Of a stretch of DNA of 64,000 nt, positions 31,028-40,761 are shown in pieces. Numbering within the stretch: position 1 is the stretch's first letter; each line of letters starts with the position of its first letter. The notes under the pieces were generated by a model. That model was not told where the DNA came from and did not search any database. It worked only from the letters and a program-made list of their open reading frames with translations. The position numbers and the translations under genes are program-made. Source of the stretch: Escherichia phage BUCT632; sequence record PQ488502.1. One strand, 5' to 3'.

Positions 31028-33791
31028 CTAGCTCTGCCATTGCTTCATCATGCATATGTTTCTCCTCATCAGTCATAAACTTATACGGGATTGGCATACA
31101 CTCGATTTTACAATAAGTTCTGTACCAGTCTACAATATTCTCCGTGTTCATATCCTTGCCAATACCCATCATACCAAGATACATTCTGGCATATTTTGGG
31201 TTAGCACTCTGACCTGTTTTAAGGAAGAAATCTTTCTTCTTACCTTTCAGAGCTTCTATAAATGGTTTGATAGTGACATTTGAACACTTCTTAATATCTT
31301 CCCAGAACATCTCGTGCATCTTATGGAAGAATGCCGCTCGATCATTAGGTTTATCCTTGATATACTGTTCAACATGCTCAACTGTTACATCTTTAATAGA
31401 CTCAAGATGATAATAGCGAACAAGAAGTAGTTTAGCTTCATACGCATCTGCATGGCGTGGAGCACAATAATCAGGAGTTGAATACAAAATAGCTTTGATT
31501 CGCTCTTCCGTATATTCTTTTCCTGCACCTTCGATAGTTCCCCAGCTTTCACTGAAAATATCAATAGTTGCACCCTGATCAAGCAAGTAGTAACGTAAAG
31601 TACTAGTATAGTTCCTAGATTCCAGCTCTCTACGACGTGCGTATAATTGCTGTGCTAACTCTAGCCAACCTTCATCAATGTTATATTGTTCAGAACCTGC
31701 GGAGAATCCACTCGTAGATTTATCAATAAAATAATAAATGTTCTGAGCGCCACGGTCGCGCCTGATTGCTTGAAAACGCATGTTTGGCGCTTGGTTTGAG
31801 GTTCTAGTAATAACGAATACGTTATCAAAATAGTTGAAGTCAACACCACTCGTTACGGATGGACTACATAATAAGCAATCAATTTGTTGGTCAATTAGCT
31901 CATTAGTTGTGTAATCCAGAATACGTCTAATATCTACATCAGACGTAGAGTTTGAGTGGATTTCCTTAACTAACGCACCCGTATTACGACGCAATGCCAT
32001 GCCCTTCTCATTCAGTTCATCCGGTCCACAGTCAGATACTAGGATAGATTTCTCACCCATCTCTAGAGAAGTCTGAAGTGCAACCCAAATACTGGATTCA
32101 TCCGGGAACTCATAAGCATGAGCTTTTGACAGCATCTTACGGTGATGATTATAAAATGCTACTGGTTTATCAAACTCAATCAAAGAACCATACGCTTCAA
32201 TTGTTTCTGCACTAATATCCCCATCAGATAATATAATAATTTTTGCAGTTGCAAGAATGTCCCGAAGAACCTGTATACATTCACGACGTTGTTTAACAAC
32301 CGGGGCGAATAATAGGTCATTCATTACAGCATCACATTCATCGATAAAGATTACATCAATTTGACCAATAAAACTCTTGAACTTATGCAAAGAGTGAATA
32401 GTTGTGGACATACGGTCAATAGCACCACGCTTAAAATTAAGCATATCTACGGACTTATCATATTGTCCTGCACTAAATTTCTTAGCATTTGAAGATACCA
32501 GTGCTCGAGTATTGGTAATTGCTAAGAAATTACCTTTAATAACTCCTGAATCTAACCAACGCACAACCGCCGTAGTTTTACCTGTACCTAGACTTGCTTT
32601 TACAAAAGTCATATAACCTTCTGGTGGTACAGTATTTAATTTCAAGAAGTTATCAGTTTCTAGAGAATTAGTTTCTAGCTTTTTAAGTGGAATACCTTTT
32701 AAAACATCAGGTATATCACGTTTAGAATTATTAACAAATGCTTTCAGAGCCTGTTTACGACCGTTATTAAAGTAATCTTGAATATTACGACTATTATCTT
32801 TAGTTGCAATATATTCTGATAAGGCTGGGCGGATTTCTTTTTCTAGCCATGCAAAATCAACACCATCCTCCAAAGCTCTGTGATAGAGTTTAGGTATAAT
32901 ACGTAGATACACTCCATCCTCAGCTTCTTCTAGTTCGCTGATAGTTTCCTCTACTTTATCAGAGGCAGCTTTTTTACCCTTAATTTGATCGAGTAAAGAG
33001 TAAAACTCCTCCTTAAACTCACCTCTAGTTGTTTCATAGTCAACCAGATTATTGGGTAAATTTACTTTAGAACCCTTAACAAATACCAGACGTGAAGCAC
33101 CCTCCGCCTTAAACGGATCTACTATACCATCGGTAAATAACGGATCTGCAAAATAGTGGAGCTGTACAGAAGAGTAATAAGCTAAGTCGGCAATATCAAA
33201 GCCATACTTTTGTCTACTACTTTCGTTGATAGATGTAAATAAGAATTTGATTTGACCCTGAGTTACTTTAACATTAGACTCTAGTATTAAGTGCATTCGG
33301 ATACCTGGTTTTAGCCCAGCCGAAGACGATGCATGAGCGATAAACCCTGCATCAAGAGGAAACATATCCTCACTAATACTATTTAACATCCTAATAATAT
33401 GTCGAGCCATGCCAACAAGATCAAACTTGTTACAACCACCTGTATCTACAATACCATCCACGTCCATTGCAATTATATGGCTTGGATTAGATACATTAAA
33501 GTTGCCCTTCTTACGCCGCACATTATTTTTAGGTGCAAGACATCGACCTCGTACCGCAACGATATGAGGGTCAGACGTTAAACGTCTCATAAGAGGAAGC
33601 ATTTCTACTAGGGTTTGAGGATCAACTTCATCAATTACATCAAACTTGAAGGGCATTGAAGCTGGTTTACCTTCAGGATGCTTTGAGGAAAATCTTTTAG
33701 CAAAAAGATAGTCTTCTGCTTTAACTTCTCGCCAATTGCCTGTGGCTAAATCGCGATGAAATCCTGCATGACCTTGTAGGATTGAGAACAC
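31002..33791 (-). CDS. P-loop NTPase / helicase-like replication protein (origin-binding or primase-helicase-like)
   Basis: Walker A ASLGTGKTTAV and Walker B-like FIDECDAV; start tentatively GTG at 33791 after AGGAG (ORF track extends to 33869). Confidence 0.6.
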   Translation of the reverse strand: MFSILQGHAGFHRDLATGNWREVKAEDYLFAKRFSSKHPEGKPASMPFKFDVIDEVDPQTLVEMLPLMRRLTSDPHIVAVRGRCLAPKNNVRRKKGNFNVSNPSHIIAMDVDGIVDTGGCNKFDLVGMARHIIRMLNSISEDMFPLDAGFIAHASSSAGLKPGIRMHLILESNVKVTQGQIKFLFTSINESSRQKYGFDIADLAYYSSVQLHYFADPLFTDGIVDPFKAEGASRLVFVKGSKVNLPNNLVDYETTRGEFKEEFYSLLDQIKGKKAASDKVEETISELEEAEDGVYLRIIPKLYHRALEDGVDFAWLEKEIRPALSEYIATKDNSRNIQDYFNNGRKQALKAFVNNSKRDIPDVLKGIPLKKLETNSLETDNFLKLNTVPPEGYMTFVKASLGTGKTTAVVRWLDSGVIKGNFLAITNTRALVSSNAKKFSAGQYDKSVDMLNFKRGAIDRMSTTIHSLHKFKSFIGQIDVIFIDECDAVMNDLLFAPVVKQRRECIQVLRDILATAKIIILSDGDISAETIEAYGSLIEFDKPVAFYNHHRKMLSKAHAYEFPDESSIWVALQTSLEMGEKSILVSDCGPDELNEKGMALRRNTGALVKEIHSNSTSDVDIRRILDYTTNELIDQQIDCLLCSPSVTSGVDFNYFDNVFVITRTSNQAPNMRFQAIRRDRGAQNIYYFIDKSTSGFSAGSEQYNIDEGWLELAQQLYARRRELESRNYTSTLRYYLLDQGATIDIFSESWGTIEGAGKEYTEERIKAILYSTPDYCAPRHADAYEAKLLLVRYYHLESIKDVTVEHVEQYIKDKPNDRAAFFHKMHEMFWEDIKKCSNVTIKPFIEALKGKKKDFFLKTGQSANPKYARMYLGMMGIGKDMNTENIVDWYRTYCKIECMPIPYKFMTDEEKHMHDEAMAELGARNDSEE

Positions 33792-34282
33792 AACAATACT
33801 CCTGTGTTGGAAATGAAATAAGTTTTCTTTAGGACTATTCAGAAAGAATAGAACAACTGTTACTGTCAATTTCTCAACAAATTAATTGCAAATACTGAAG
33901 TGGGGTGGCAACTTCCACTTTCACGCTGCGCTGCTGCCTCATTATACCGCACAAATCCTTGAGGATGGCCGCTAAGCCAGATTTGCTCACCTAATGCTTC
34001 ATATACTAGCTCATACTAGATGCAATATAACTTACAGAATCACGTCTCGGTAGTTTTTCACTCCTCCCATCTCACTTCACAACCACCTCATACTAGGTTG
34101 CTTCGAGGCCTTACCAGGGTTCCTATGGGACGCAGATCGCTAAGTATTCTATTAACTATTTGTTTAAAAACTAACACGTAACAGTTAAAACAACCCTTAA
34201 TGGGGCAGCCTAACTGTTCCGTATCGCGGATTGTAAACAAGAAAAATTAGCAAAATCAATTTTTACTAATGTCTCTCAATTC

Positions 34283-34320
34283 AATATAAATATTATATCA
34301 AGATTTTGGGCATCATGCAA
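34283..34320 (-). promoter_or_regulatory. Early promoter (TTGCAT-N17-TATAAT, minus strand) upstream of a 500-nt ORF-free leader
   Basis: Reverse complement TTGCATGATGCCCAAAATCTTGATATAAT. Confidence 0.55.
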
Positions 34321-34396
34321 GTAAATTTTTCCCAAAGGTGCTATCAGTGTCTTTGAGCATAGAGAAAACCGAGCCAAAATGACTCGGTTATATGGA

Positions 34397-34591
34397 TTAA
34401 TCATAAAAAAGACCACGAATAGTATTAGCAAATTTAAGTATAATAGCGCGGTTTGAGCTACTTAACTTTTTAATATCGAAAGTGGGATCGGTCAAATATC
34501 TTGCCATAAATTTTACTTGCTTAGCTGAAAGTTGGCCCTTATTCCACTTTTTAATCTTACCATAACATACCCAATATTCTTTATTCATCAT
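34397..34591 (-). CDS. Hypothetical protein
   Basis: 64-aa ORF. Confidence 0.4.
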   Translation of the reverse strand: MMNKEYWVCYGKIKKWNKGQLSAKQVKFMARYLTDPTFDIKKLSSSNRAIILKFANTIRGLFYD

Positions 34592-34973
34592 TTAATCCCG
34601 GAACATATATCCCAACACTATTTAATTGTTCTCTAGCTTCTTTGAGAATATCTGGAGTGTACTCCCAAATATCATCTTCCACCTGTAAAAGATGGGGCGA
34701 ACAACCATCATCCGGCACACGACATATGGCCAGACCACGTGGATGGAACAAAGAGAAATTTAGGGCAACAATCAAGCCCATAGCAGACAACTCATTCCAA
34801 TCCAATTCCCATTCCCCGGCGTATCCAGACAGGAAAACGCCAATGCACGGATCATCTGTTTGCTGCTCAGGAAAAGTGAAGGAGGCTTGTCTTACCCCCA
34901 ACCAACGTTGTAGCAGCTTTTCCGCACGCTTCACCAAACTAGGATCAATCTGACGCCAATATACTTGTTCCAT
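34581..34973 (-). CDS. Hypothetical protein (paralogue of the adjacent 142-aa ORF)
   Basis: Shares ...PCIG...W(K/N)ELDEMGL(V/I)(F/V)ALN... and a C-terminal ...G(Y/I)(Q/Y)(I/V)PGL motif with 34983..35411. Confidence 0.55.
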   Translation of the reverse strand: MEQVYWRQIDPSLVKRAEKLLQRWLGVRQASFTFPEQQTDDPCIGVFLSGYAGEWELDWNELSAMGLIVALNFSLFHPRGLAICRVPDDGCSPHLLQVEDDIWEYTPDILKEAREQLNSVGIYVPGLNDE

Positions 34974-34982
34974 TGTGCCCCC

Positions 34983-35411
34983 TTAGGCAGTTAAACCCGG
35001 AATTTGATAACCAAAACGGCGAAGTTTTTGGATACCATCATTTACTTCTTCCGGTGAGTAAGACCAACCATAACGTTCATTAACCTGGAAACCAGGAGAT
35101 TCACTAGTTTTATAGTTAACAACGAGGCGATGCTTAGCAGGCATAAACAGCTTATAGTTTAACGCAAAAACTAAGCCCATTTCATCTAACTCTTTCCAGC
35201 CTACAATCTCTTCAAGACCCTCCTCTACCTGAACAATTAAACCAATACAGGGAGCCTCATCAATATCATCTTTAAAAGCAAAGGAGATTTCATTATTCTC
35301 ACACCATATTTTCAAGGAGTTAATAGCCTCATTATACAGGCTAGCGGGGAGAGTACGCCAAAAGTTAACTAAAATTGGGTTAGCTTCTTTAGAGAATACA
35401 TTATTGAACAT
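34983..35411 (-). CDS. Hypothetical protein (paralogue of the adjacent 130-aa ORF)
   Basis: Tandem paralogue pair; see 34581..34973. Confidence 0.55.
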   Translation of the reverse strand: MFNNVFSKEANPILVNFWRTLPASLYNEAINSLKIWCENNEISFAFKDDIDEAPCIGLIVQVEEGLEEIVGWKELDEMGLVFALNYKLFMPAKHRLVVNYKTSESPGFQVNERYGWSYSPEEVNDGIQKLRRFGYQIPGLTA

Positions 35412-35413
35412 AT

Positions 35414-35926
35414 TTACACCTTAAATTGTTGCAAGGATTTACACATTTCAAGATCTGGGCTAAATTCTAGCATATAGCTAACAGCTTTTAAATCTTGAAG
35501 ATTTATCCCAGTCCTACCATTGACTATAACCGTTGGATACTGATACATCATAGCACCGGCATCATCCAGCACACACCAATGTTTAAGCTTATGCTTTTCC
35601 ACGAAGCGAAGAACAGAATTACCCCTAGATAATCCACCACCAGTAAAATCCGTTGTACCAAGAAAACGATCGATAAGACCTAATCCGGTCATAATCTGAA
35701 CGTTCTCCATCTCATTCCGGACAGAGAACCATGAGGATACCCCAACAATCATTATCGAGGAAGGACGAATAAAATCTTGAAAAGCCTTGAGAAGCGGTTT
35801 GAAAACCCAGTCACTCCCAAAGAAAATCTTTTCATCATCAGGTGCATGATGGTGGGAGATGCTCGAATTGAGCACCCCATCAATGTCCAGAAAAATAATT
35901 GGAGTATTACTTATTTCTTGACACAT
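35414..35926 (-). CDS. HAD-superfamily phosphatase-like protein
   Basis: N-terminal IFLDIDGVL (HAD motif I, DxDG). Confidence 0.55.
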   Translation of the reverse strand: MCQEISNTPIIFLDIDGVLNSSISHHHAPDDEKIFFGSDWVFKPLLKAFQDFIRPSSIMIVGVSSWFSVRNEMENVQIMTGLGLIDRFLGTTDFTGGGLSRGNSVLRFVEKHKLKHWCVLDDAGAMMYQYPTVIVNGRTGINLQDLKAVSYMLEFSPDLEMCKSLQQFKV

Positions 35927-36722
35927 AAGGTCTACCCTCTAAATGAGCTTCTACACGAGCAATAAAATCAGGGTCACTGAAAGCATCTACCGCACCCTTA
36001 CTCCAATAAGGAATACCACGTTCTTCCAGCTGGTACATCTCACTACGAGTCATACCTTGATAGCCTGGCTCTGCTGCTAGGGCACTATCATAGTAGTTAA
36101 CAACCATAAGTTTCGCAGCAGTCAAATTAAGAACAGGAAATAATTCCCAGTAGAAGTTAATTACTTGGTTAGAGCAACCAACCACAACGATCATATCTTG
36201 ACTGGTAATATCATCAAAAACATTGTACATTTCTGCGTATGCAGGAGCATGCTCTCCAAAGAAGATTACATTAGGTTTAACCCATTTATAATCATCTGGA
36301 TCAATAGAATTATATCCTACATCAATAATCCGTTTATTGCTACTATTGTAGCTATCAGATACAACAACCTCTTTTAAATATCCGTGAATGTGCAGAATGT
36401 CACTATGTGGAACGCCAGCACGCTCAATAAGGTCATCAACGTTGGTAGTTAAGTTTACTACTTGACCTGGATATTGTTTATACCATTCACCAATACGCAA
36501 ATGTGCAAGATTGGGTTCAACAGTTTTTAGCTCTTCACGACGCTTGTTGTAAAACATATGGGTTTTATGATAAAAATTACCACGAAAGGCATGAATATTA
36601 CATACTTCTTCTAGATCATAATCATCCCACAATGCTTTACCACTAGCAGTATCAGTACGAAAAGCTCGTACACCACTTTCAACACTCAAACCTGCACCGC
36701 TAATAATAATTAATCTACGCAT
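35907..36722 (-). CDS. Sir2 (sirtuin)-family NAD-dependent protein
   Basis: GAGLSVESGVRAFR (GAGIS-type motif), TTNVDDLIERAG (TQNID-type motif), HIHG. Confidence 0.65.
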   Translation of the reverse strand: MRRLIIISGAGLSVESGVRAFRTDTASGKALWDDYDLEEVCNIHAFRGNFYHKTHMFYNKRREELKTVEPNLAHLRIGEWYKQYPGQVVNLTTNVDDLIERAGVPHSDILHIHGYLKEVVVSDSYNSSNKRIIDVGYNSIDPDDYKWVKPNVIFFGEHAPAYAEMYNVFDDITSQDMIVVVGCSNQVINFYWELFPVLNLTAAKLMVVNYYDSALAAEPGYQGMTRSEMYQLEERGIPYWSKGAVDAFSDPDFIARVEAHLEGRPYVSRNK

Positions 36723-36936
36723 TTTTCACCTGTTCTCTGAAGTTTTGCCCAATACTATCTAACAGCTCAGCTAATTCTTTATTACCTTTCTCCATTAAGG
36801 TATTAGCAATAACTTCTAGCATAGTAGCGCAAGATTCAACACCATCCTTATAGCCAGTTTCCCAGTGCTGCATTAATGCGTTTTCCAAAGCGGCGTTTAA
36901 ACCCTTATCTGGTAGCATCGGCTTCGAGAATGCCAT
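36715..36936 (-). CDS. Hypothetical protein
   Basis: 73-aa ORF. Confidence 0.4.
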   Translation of the reverse strand: MAFSKPMLPDKGLNAALENALMQHWETGYKDGVESCATMLEVIANTLMEKGNKELAELLDSIGQNFREQVKNA

Positions 36937-37108
36937 AAAGTTTCTCCTCTAGTTCCATAACACGATTTTCATAAGAGGCACGCAACTTTTCAATTGCCAG
37001 CGCACGCACTGTAACCTCATTAGAATTAATAGCTAATTGGGCCAGGTCTTCTGTTTCCATACGTCCGTTGTAAATTAAGCGATATTTAAGATGTTTTACA
37101 TTTTTCAT
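36905..37108 (-). CDS. Hypothetical protein
   Basis: 67-aa ORF. Confidence 0.4.
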   Translation of the reverse strand: MKNVKHLKYRLIYNGRMETEDLAQLAINSNEVTVRALAIEKLRASYENRVMELEEKLYGILEADATR

Positions 37109-37317
37109 TCTCGTTCCTCAAACATTTCAATTTCTGCATTAGCAATAGAAAGGGCGGGCTCAGATAAGCACAATCCCATCCTAGGATCGATCTTCCCTTC
37201 GCCAATCCAAGTACTTACTAAACATAATTTAGTTATATCCTCACGGAGAATCGAACCATATGCCCCAGAATCCATAATAAAATAGATACGTTCTTTATCT
37301 ACCTTGTGAACTCTCAT
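37105..37317 (-). CDS. Hypothetical protein
   Basis: 70-aa ORF preceded by a minus-strand TTGCTT-N17-TATAAT promoter and RBS. Confidence 0.45.
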   Translation of the reverse strand: MRVHKVDKERIYFIMDSGAYGSILREDITKLCLVSTWIGEGKIDPRMGLCLSEPALSIANAEIEMFEERE

Positions 37318-37380
37318 AGCTTTCTCCTCTCAAATTTATAAATCAATTATACATAAGTTTTAGCTAGAAAGCAAATAAAA

Positions 37381-37410
37381 TAAAAGCCAGGTTGACTAGC
37401 AACCCGGCTG
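37381..37410 (-). terminator. Terminator hairpin downstream of nrdD
   Basis: Reverse complement AGCCGGGTTGCTAGTCAACCTGGCT followed by a T-run. Confidence 0.6.
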
Positions 37411-37416
37411 ATTAGC

Positions 37417-39291
37417 TTATTTAGCTCGAATATCCTGATGTTTCACTCTGCCCATCACCTCGTGCTGTTTGCCGGGGTTAAATGGACGAGCACCCGGATT
37501 TCCAAGATACCCACAAACTCGACGAGTTACTTCAAGAGTTTCGGGGTCATGATTACCACAGATAGGGCACTTAAATCCATCTTCGGATGCTATTGTTTCA
37601 CCTAAGAATCCGCATTTACCGCAAGAATCCACTGGAGTATTAATACCGAAGTAATGAACTTTACTAGCAGCATAATTAATAACCCATTCCAGTGCATCTG
37701 GGAATCGTTTCATATCCGGTAGTTCTACATAGGAAATGCATCCACCAGAAGCAATCGGAGTAAAGTTAGATTCATAATCAAATTTCACATTAGGAGCAAC
37801 TTTACGTTCCACATCAAGGTGGTGAGAGTTAGTGTAGTATCCTTTGGACAGAATATCTTCATGCTCTGGGAAATATTCACGGTCTAGACGACAAAAACGG
37901 TCACATAGGGATTCTGATGGTGTAGCATACAGGCTATAACCTAATTTAGTTTCTTCCTTCTTCTGATCGACTCTATCCCGCATGTACTGCAATACACGCT
38001 GAACAAACTTGATGCAGGTCTCGGACATTGTGTCTACATCTTTGCCAAACATGAACTGTAGCATTTCATGGCAGCCAATATACCCTAGAGATACAGAAGC
38101 ACGGTTATAGAAATGATCGAATACATACTCATCAGGCCCCAAGCGTAACCCAAAGGCTCCTGACATATAGAGGATGGGTGCAGCTTTAGCTTGAATGTAT
38201 TTTAAGCGATCAACTCTCCACTCCAATGCTTTTAACGCTGTATCCACACGTAGCTCAAGCAAATCAAAGAATAGATCAATATTTCCTTCAGCTTCGATAG
38301 CAATTCTAGGCAAGTTTACAGAAACAACACCTAAGTTATTACGACCAGCAGTTTCACCATCTTCTGTAGCAGCTAGGAATGAACGACAGCCCATAGAAAC
38401 TTTGTAGTCTCCAGTAACTTCTACAACTTTGTCATAGCTGATATAATCGGGATACATACGTTCAGCAGTACATTTCATAGCTAACTTCTTGATGTCATAA
38501 TTAACATCTCCTGGCTTCATATTTACGCCATCACGAAGTACAAATACCAGTTTCGGGAAGATAGCTGTACGTTTATTGATACCTAAACCATCCATGCGTA
38601 CTTTCAGTATTGCTTTCTGTACTAGACGTGCTTCCCAAGAAGTTCCTAGACCAAAACCAAAGGTAATAAATGGACTCTGACCGTTAGAGTTGAACATGGT
38701 ATTGATTTCATATTCTAAACCCTGACAAGCGTCATAGACTTCCTTTTCAGTCATCTCCGTAGCCATTACGGATGCTTTGGCTTCATCCTTAGTCCAACGT
38801 TTTGCAAACGCATGATTTTTGTCATATGATTTACGAACATAAGGGGCTAATACTTCATCAAGGCGGTCTACAGAAGTACCACCATACTGATGGGAGCTAA
38901 CCTGAGTGATAATCTGAGCAGTAATAGCCGCCGCAGTAGTGATAGAGTTTGGAGTGCTAATTTCAGCATTACCAACCTTCATACCATTCTTCAACATATC
39001 TTCCAGGGCTACCAGACAACAGTTAGTCATGCCTAATGCAGCATAATCAGCATCATGGAAATGAATATCCCCAATCATATGAGCATTTCGAATCTGAATT
39101 GGCATTTCTTCTAGAATTAGATACTTACTCAATTCACCTGCAAGCATATCCCTTTGTGTAGGGAAACGTTCTGAGGGTTTATTGGCATTATTAAACAGCA
39201 GCTCTTCATCTGCTGACCCTTCGATAATCTCTTTGCAGTTTCTAATTAGCGCCTGCATTTCTTTATACTTTAGTTCTTCATTGCGATTCAT
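37417..39291 (-). CDS. nrdD: Anaerobic ribonucleoside-triphosphate reductase
   Basis: 624 aa; C-terminal glycyl-radical motif TRRVCGYLG and CxxC zinc site (CGKCGF...CPICG). Confidence 0.85.
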   Translation of the reverse strand: MNRNEELKYKEMQALIRNCKEIIEGSADEELLFNNANKPSERFPTQRDMLAGELSKYLILEEMPIQIRNAHMIGDIHFHDADYAALGMTNCCLVALEDMLKNGMKVGNAEISTPNSITTAAAITAQIITQVSSHQYGGTSVDRLDEVLAPYVRKSYDKNHAFAKRWTKDEAKASVMATEMTEKEVYDACQGLEYEINTMFNSNGQSPFITFGFGLGTSWEARLVQKAILKVRMDGLGINKRTAIFPKLVFVLRDGVNMKPGDVNYDIKKLAMKCTAERMYPDYISYDKVVEVTGDYKVSMGCRSFLAATEDGETAGRNNLGVVSVNLPRIAIEAEGNIDLFFDLLELRVDTALKALEWRVDRLKYIQAKAAPILYMSGAFGLRLGPDEYVFDHFYNRASVSLGYIGCHEMLQFMFGKDVDTMSETCIKFVQRVLQYMRDRVDQKKEETKLGYSLYATPSESLCDRFCRLDREYFPEHEDILSKGYYTNSHHLDVERKVAPNVKFDYESNFTPIASGGCISYVELPDMKRFPDALEWVINYAASKVHYFGINTPVDSCGKCGFLGETIASEDGFKCPICGNHDPETLEVTRRVCGYLGNPGARPFNPGKQHEVMGRVKHQDIRAK

Positions 39292-39400
39292 TATACTCTC
39301 CTTCTCTAACTAAGACTACTATTATAACTCATTCGAGGGCGGATGTCAACAATATTTTACTATAAAGTTCTGTAACATGATCTGAGTCAAAAAATTTTAT

Positions 39401-39429
39401 TTGCCAACCTCTATTAAAAATTGTATAAT
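39401..39429 (+). promoter_or_regulatory. Promoter (TTGCCA-N17-TATAAT)
   Basis: -35 at 39401-39406, -10 at 39424-39429. Confidence 0.55.
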
Positions 39430-39541
39430 CACGCGCCTATGTACGCGGTATAAAATGATTATCTAGTATCACACATCTCCCGTTAAAAGCAAGCAAATTT
39501 TTTATTTAAATGCAATATCATAGGCTTATTTAAAATTGTAG

Positions 39542-39570
39542 TTGCTTTTTACTGTATATATTGGTATAAT
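39542..39570 (+). promoter_or_regulatory. Promoter (TTGCTT-N17-TATAAT) upstream of phoH
   Basis: -35 at 39542-39547, -10 at 39565-39570. Confidence 0.6.
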
Positions 39571-39643
39571 ATATTTGTAAGTTGATAAACAAGATCTTTT
39601 TGTTGATCCTCTGTTAGCGAAGTACACTATAGGAGTGTTATTT

Positions 39644-40396
39644 ATGGGAAAAGCACGTCAAAAAAGAGAGAACCGCAATGGTTCAAGAAAGCGTGGCAAC
39701 AAATATGAGAACAACGTAATTCAAGCTGATTTTTCTAATGATTACGCTAACCCAGTTGCTAAATCCCTAGTAGGTAAAAACCGCGAGCAAAAATCATATA
39801 TTAATATGATCAAGAACAACACAGTGACTGTGGGTATCGGTGAGCCAGGTACTGGTAAAACCTTTATTCCGTCCGTTCTTGCAGCTCAGGAACTCGTAGA
39901 CATTCACTCAGATATTGAGCAAGTGATTCTCGTACGTCCTAATGAACCTCTAGGTAAGTCTCTTGGTATGCTTCCTGGTGATCTAGCAGAAAAGCTAGAA
40001 CCTTGGTTAGAGCCAATAGCTGATGGTATGAAATGGGCCATCGGCGATCATGCCTATAAGGGATATGTCGAACGTCAGAAAATTAAATTTTTGGCTATCG
40101 AACATGCTCGTGGCAGAACTTTCAACAACTCCTATGTAATTGTCGATGAAGCTCAGAATATTTCCGTTGAGGCAATGATTTGTCTCCTAACTCGTGTAGG
40201 ACAAGACTGCCGTTTAATTATCTGCGGAGATATAGCTCAGAAAGACATTAAAGGTGACTCAGGTCTAGCACTCCTTATGGAAGTCTATGAAAAATACGAA
40301 AATGCCCCATTCTCAATGATCGAATTGATTGATAACGTTCGTTCTGTTGAGTCTAAAGCATTCTATGATATTTTTAAAGACATGGGGAAGGTGTAA
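39644..40396 (+). CDS. phoH: PhoH-like ATPase
   Basis: Walker A GEPGTGKT and Walker B VIVDEAQN; ATG at 39644 after RBS AGGAGTG. Confidence 0.8.
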   Translation: MGKARQKRENRNGSRKRGNKYENNVIQADFSNDYANPVAKSLVGKNREQKSYINMIKNNTVTVGIGEPGTGKTFIPSVLAAQELVDIHSDIEQVILVRPNEPLGKSLGMLPGDLAEKLEPWLEPIADGMKWAIGDHAYKGYVERQKIKFLAIEHARGRTFNNSYVIVDEAQNISVEAMICLLTRVGQDCRLIICGDIAQKDIKGDSGLALLMEVYEKYENAPFSMIELIDNVRSVESKAFYDIFKDMGKV

Positions 40397-40397
40397 T

Positions 40398-40619
40398 ATG
40401 GGAAACGTCGTTCATCTGAGCCGTAAAACTAAAATACATCGTACTTCACTGAGTGCTGCTAATATGATTACACGTAAGGAAGGGGAAGAAAGTCCTAAGA
40501 CAACCCTAGCGTGGAAAATTGTAACCTCAAATCCAAATAAACCATTCAATTATAACGAGCTGAGCACCTCCATAGATATTCTATTAAAAGAAGTAGCTAG
40601 AGCTAAAGTAATTGAATAA
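40398..40619 (+). CDS. Hypothetical protein
   Basis: About 73 aa from the ATG at 40398 (ORF track lists an upstream alternative start). Confidence 0.45.
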   Translation: MGNVVHLSRKTKIHRTSLSAANMITRKEGEESPKTTLAWKIVTSNPNKPFNYNELSTSIDILLKEVARAKVIE

Positions 40620-40761
40620 GCTAAAAAGCTAGACTGGTAATATACAGGGCCTGGGTATGAAAATACTCGGGCCTTTTCTATCAGAAAATTTTATTTGCCT
40701 AATGACCGATAATAAAGTAGAATATTCCTTAAATCCTGATAACTATAAAAAGGAAAGCCAA

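Noticed and set aside
37105-37317. Search for an NrdG activase next to nrdD
   Set aside because: None of the small ORFs flanking nrdD shows the CxxxCxxC radical-SAM motif; the activase is not in this window or is unrecognisable
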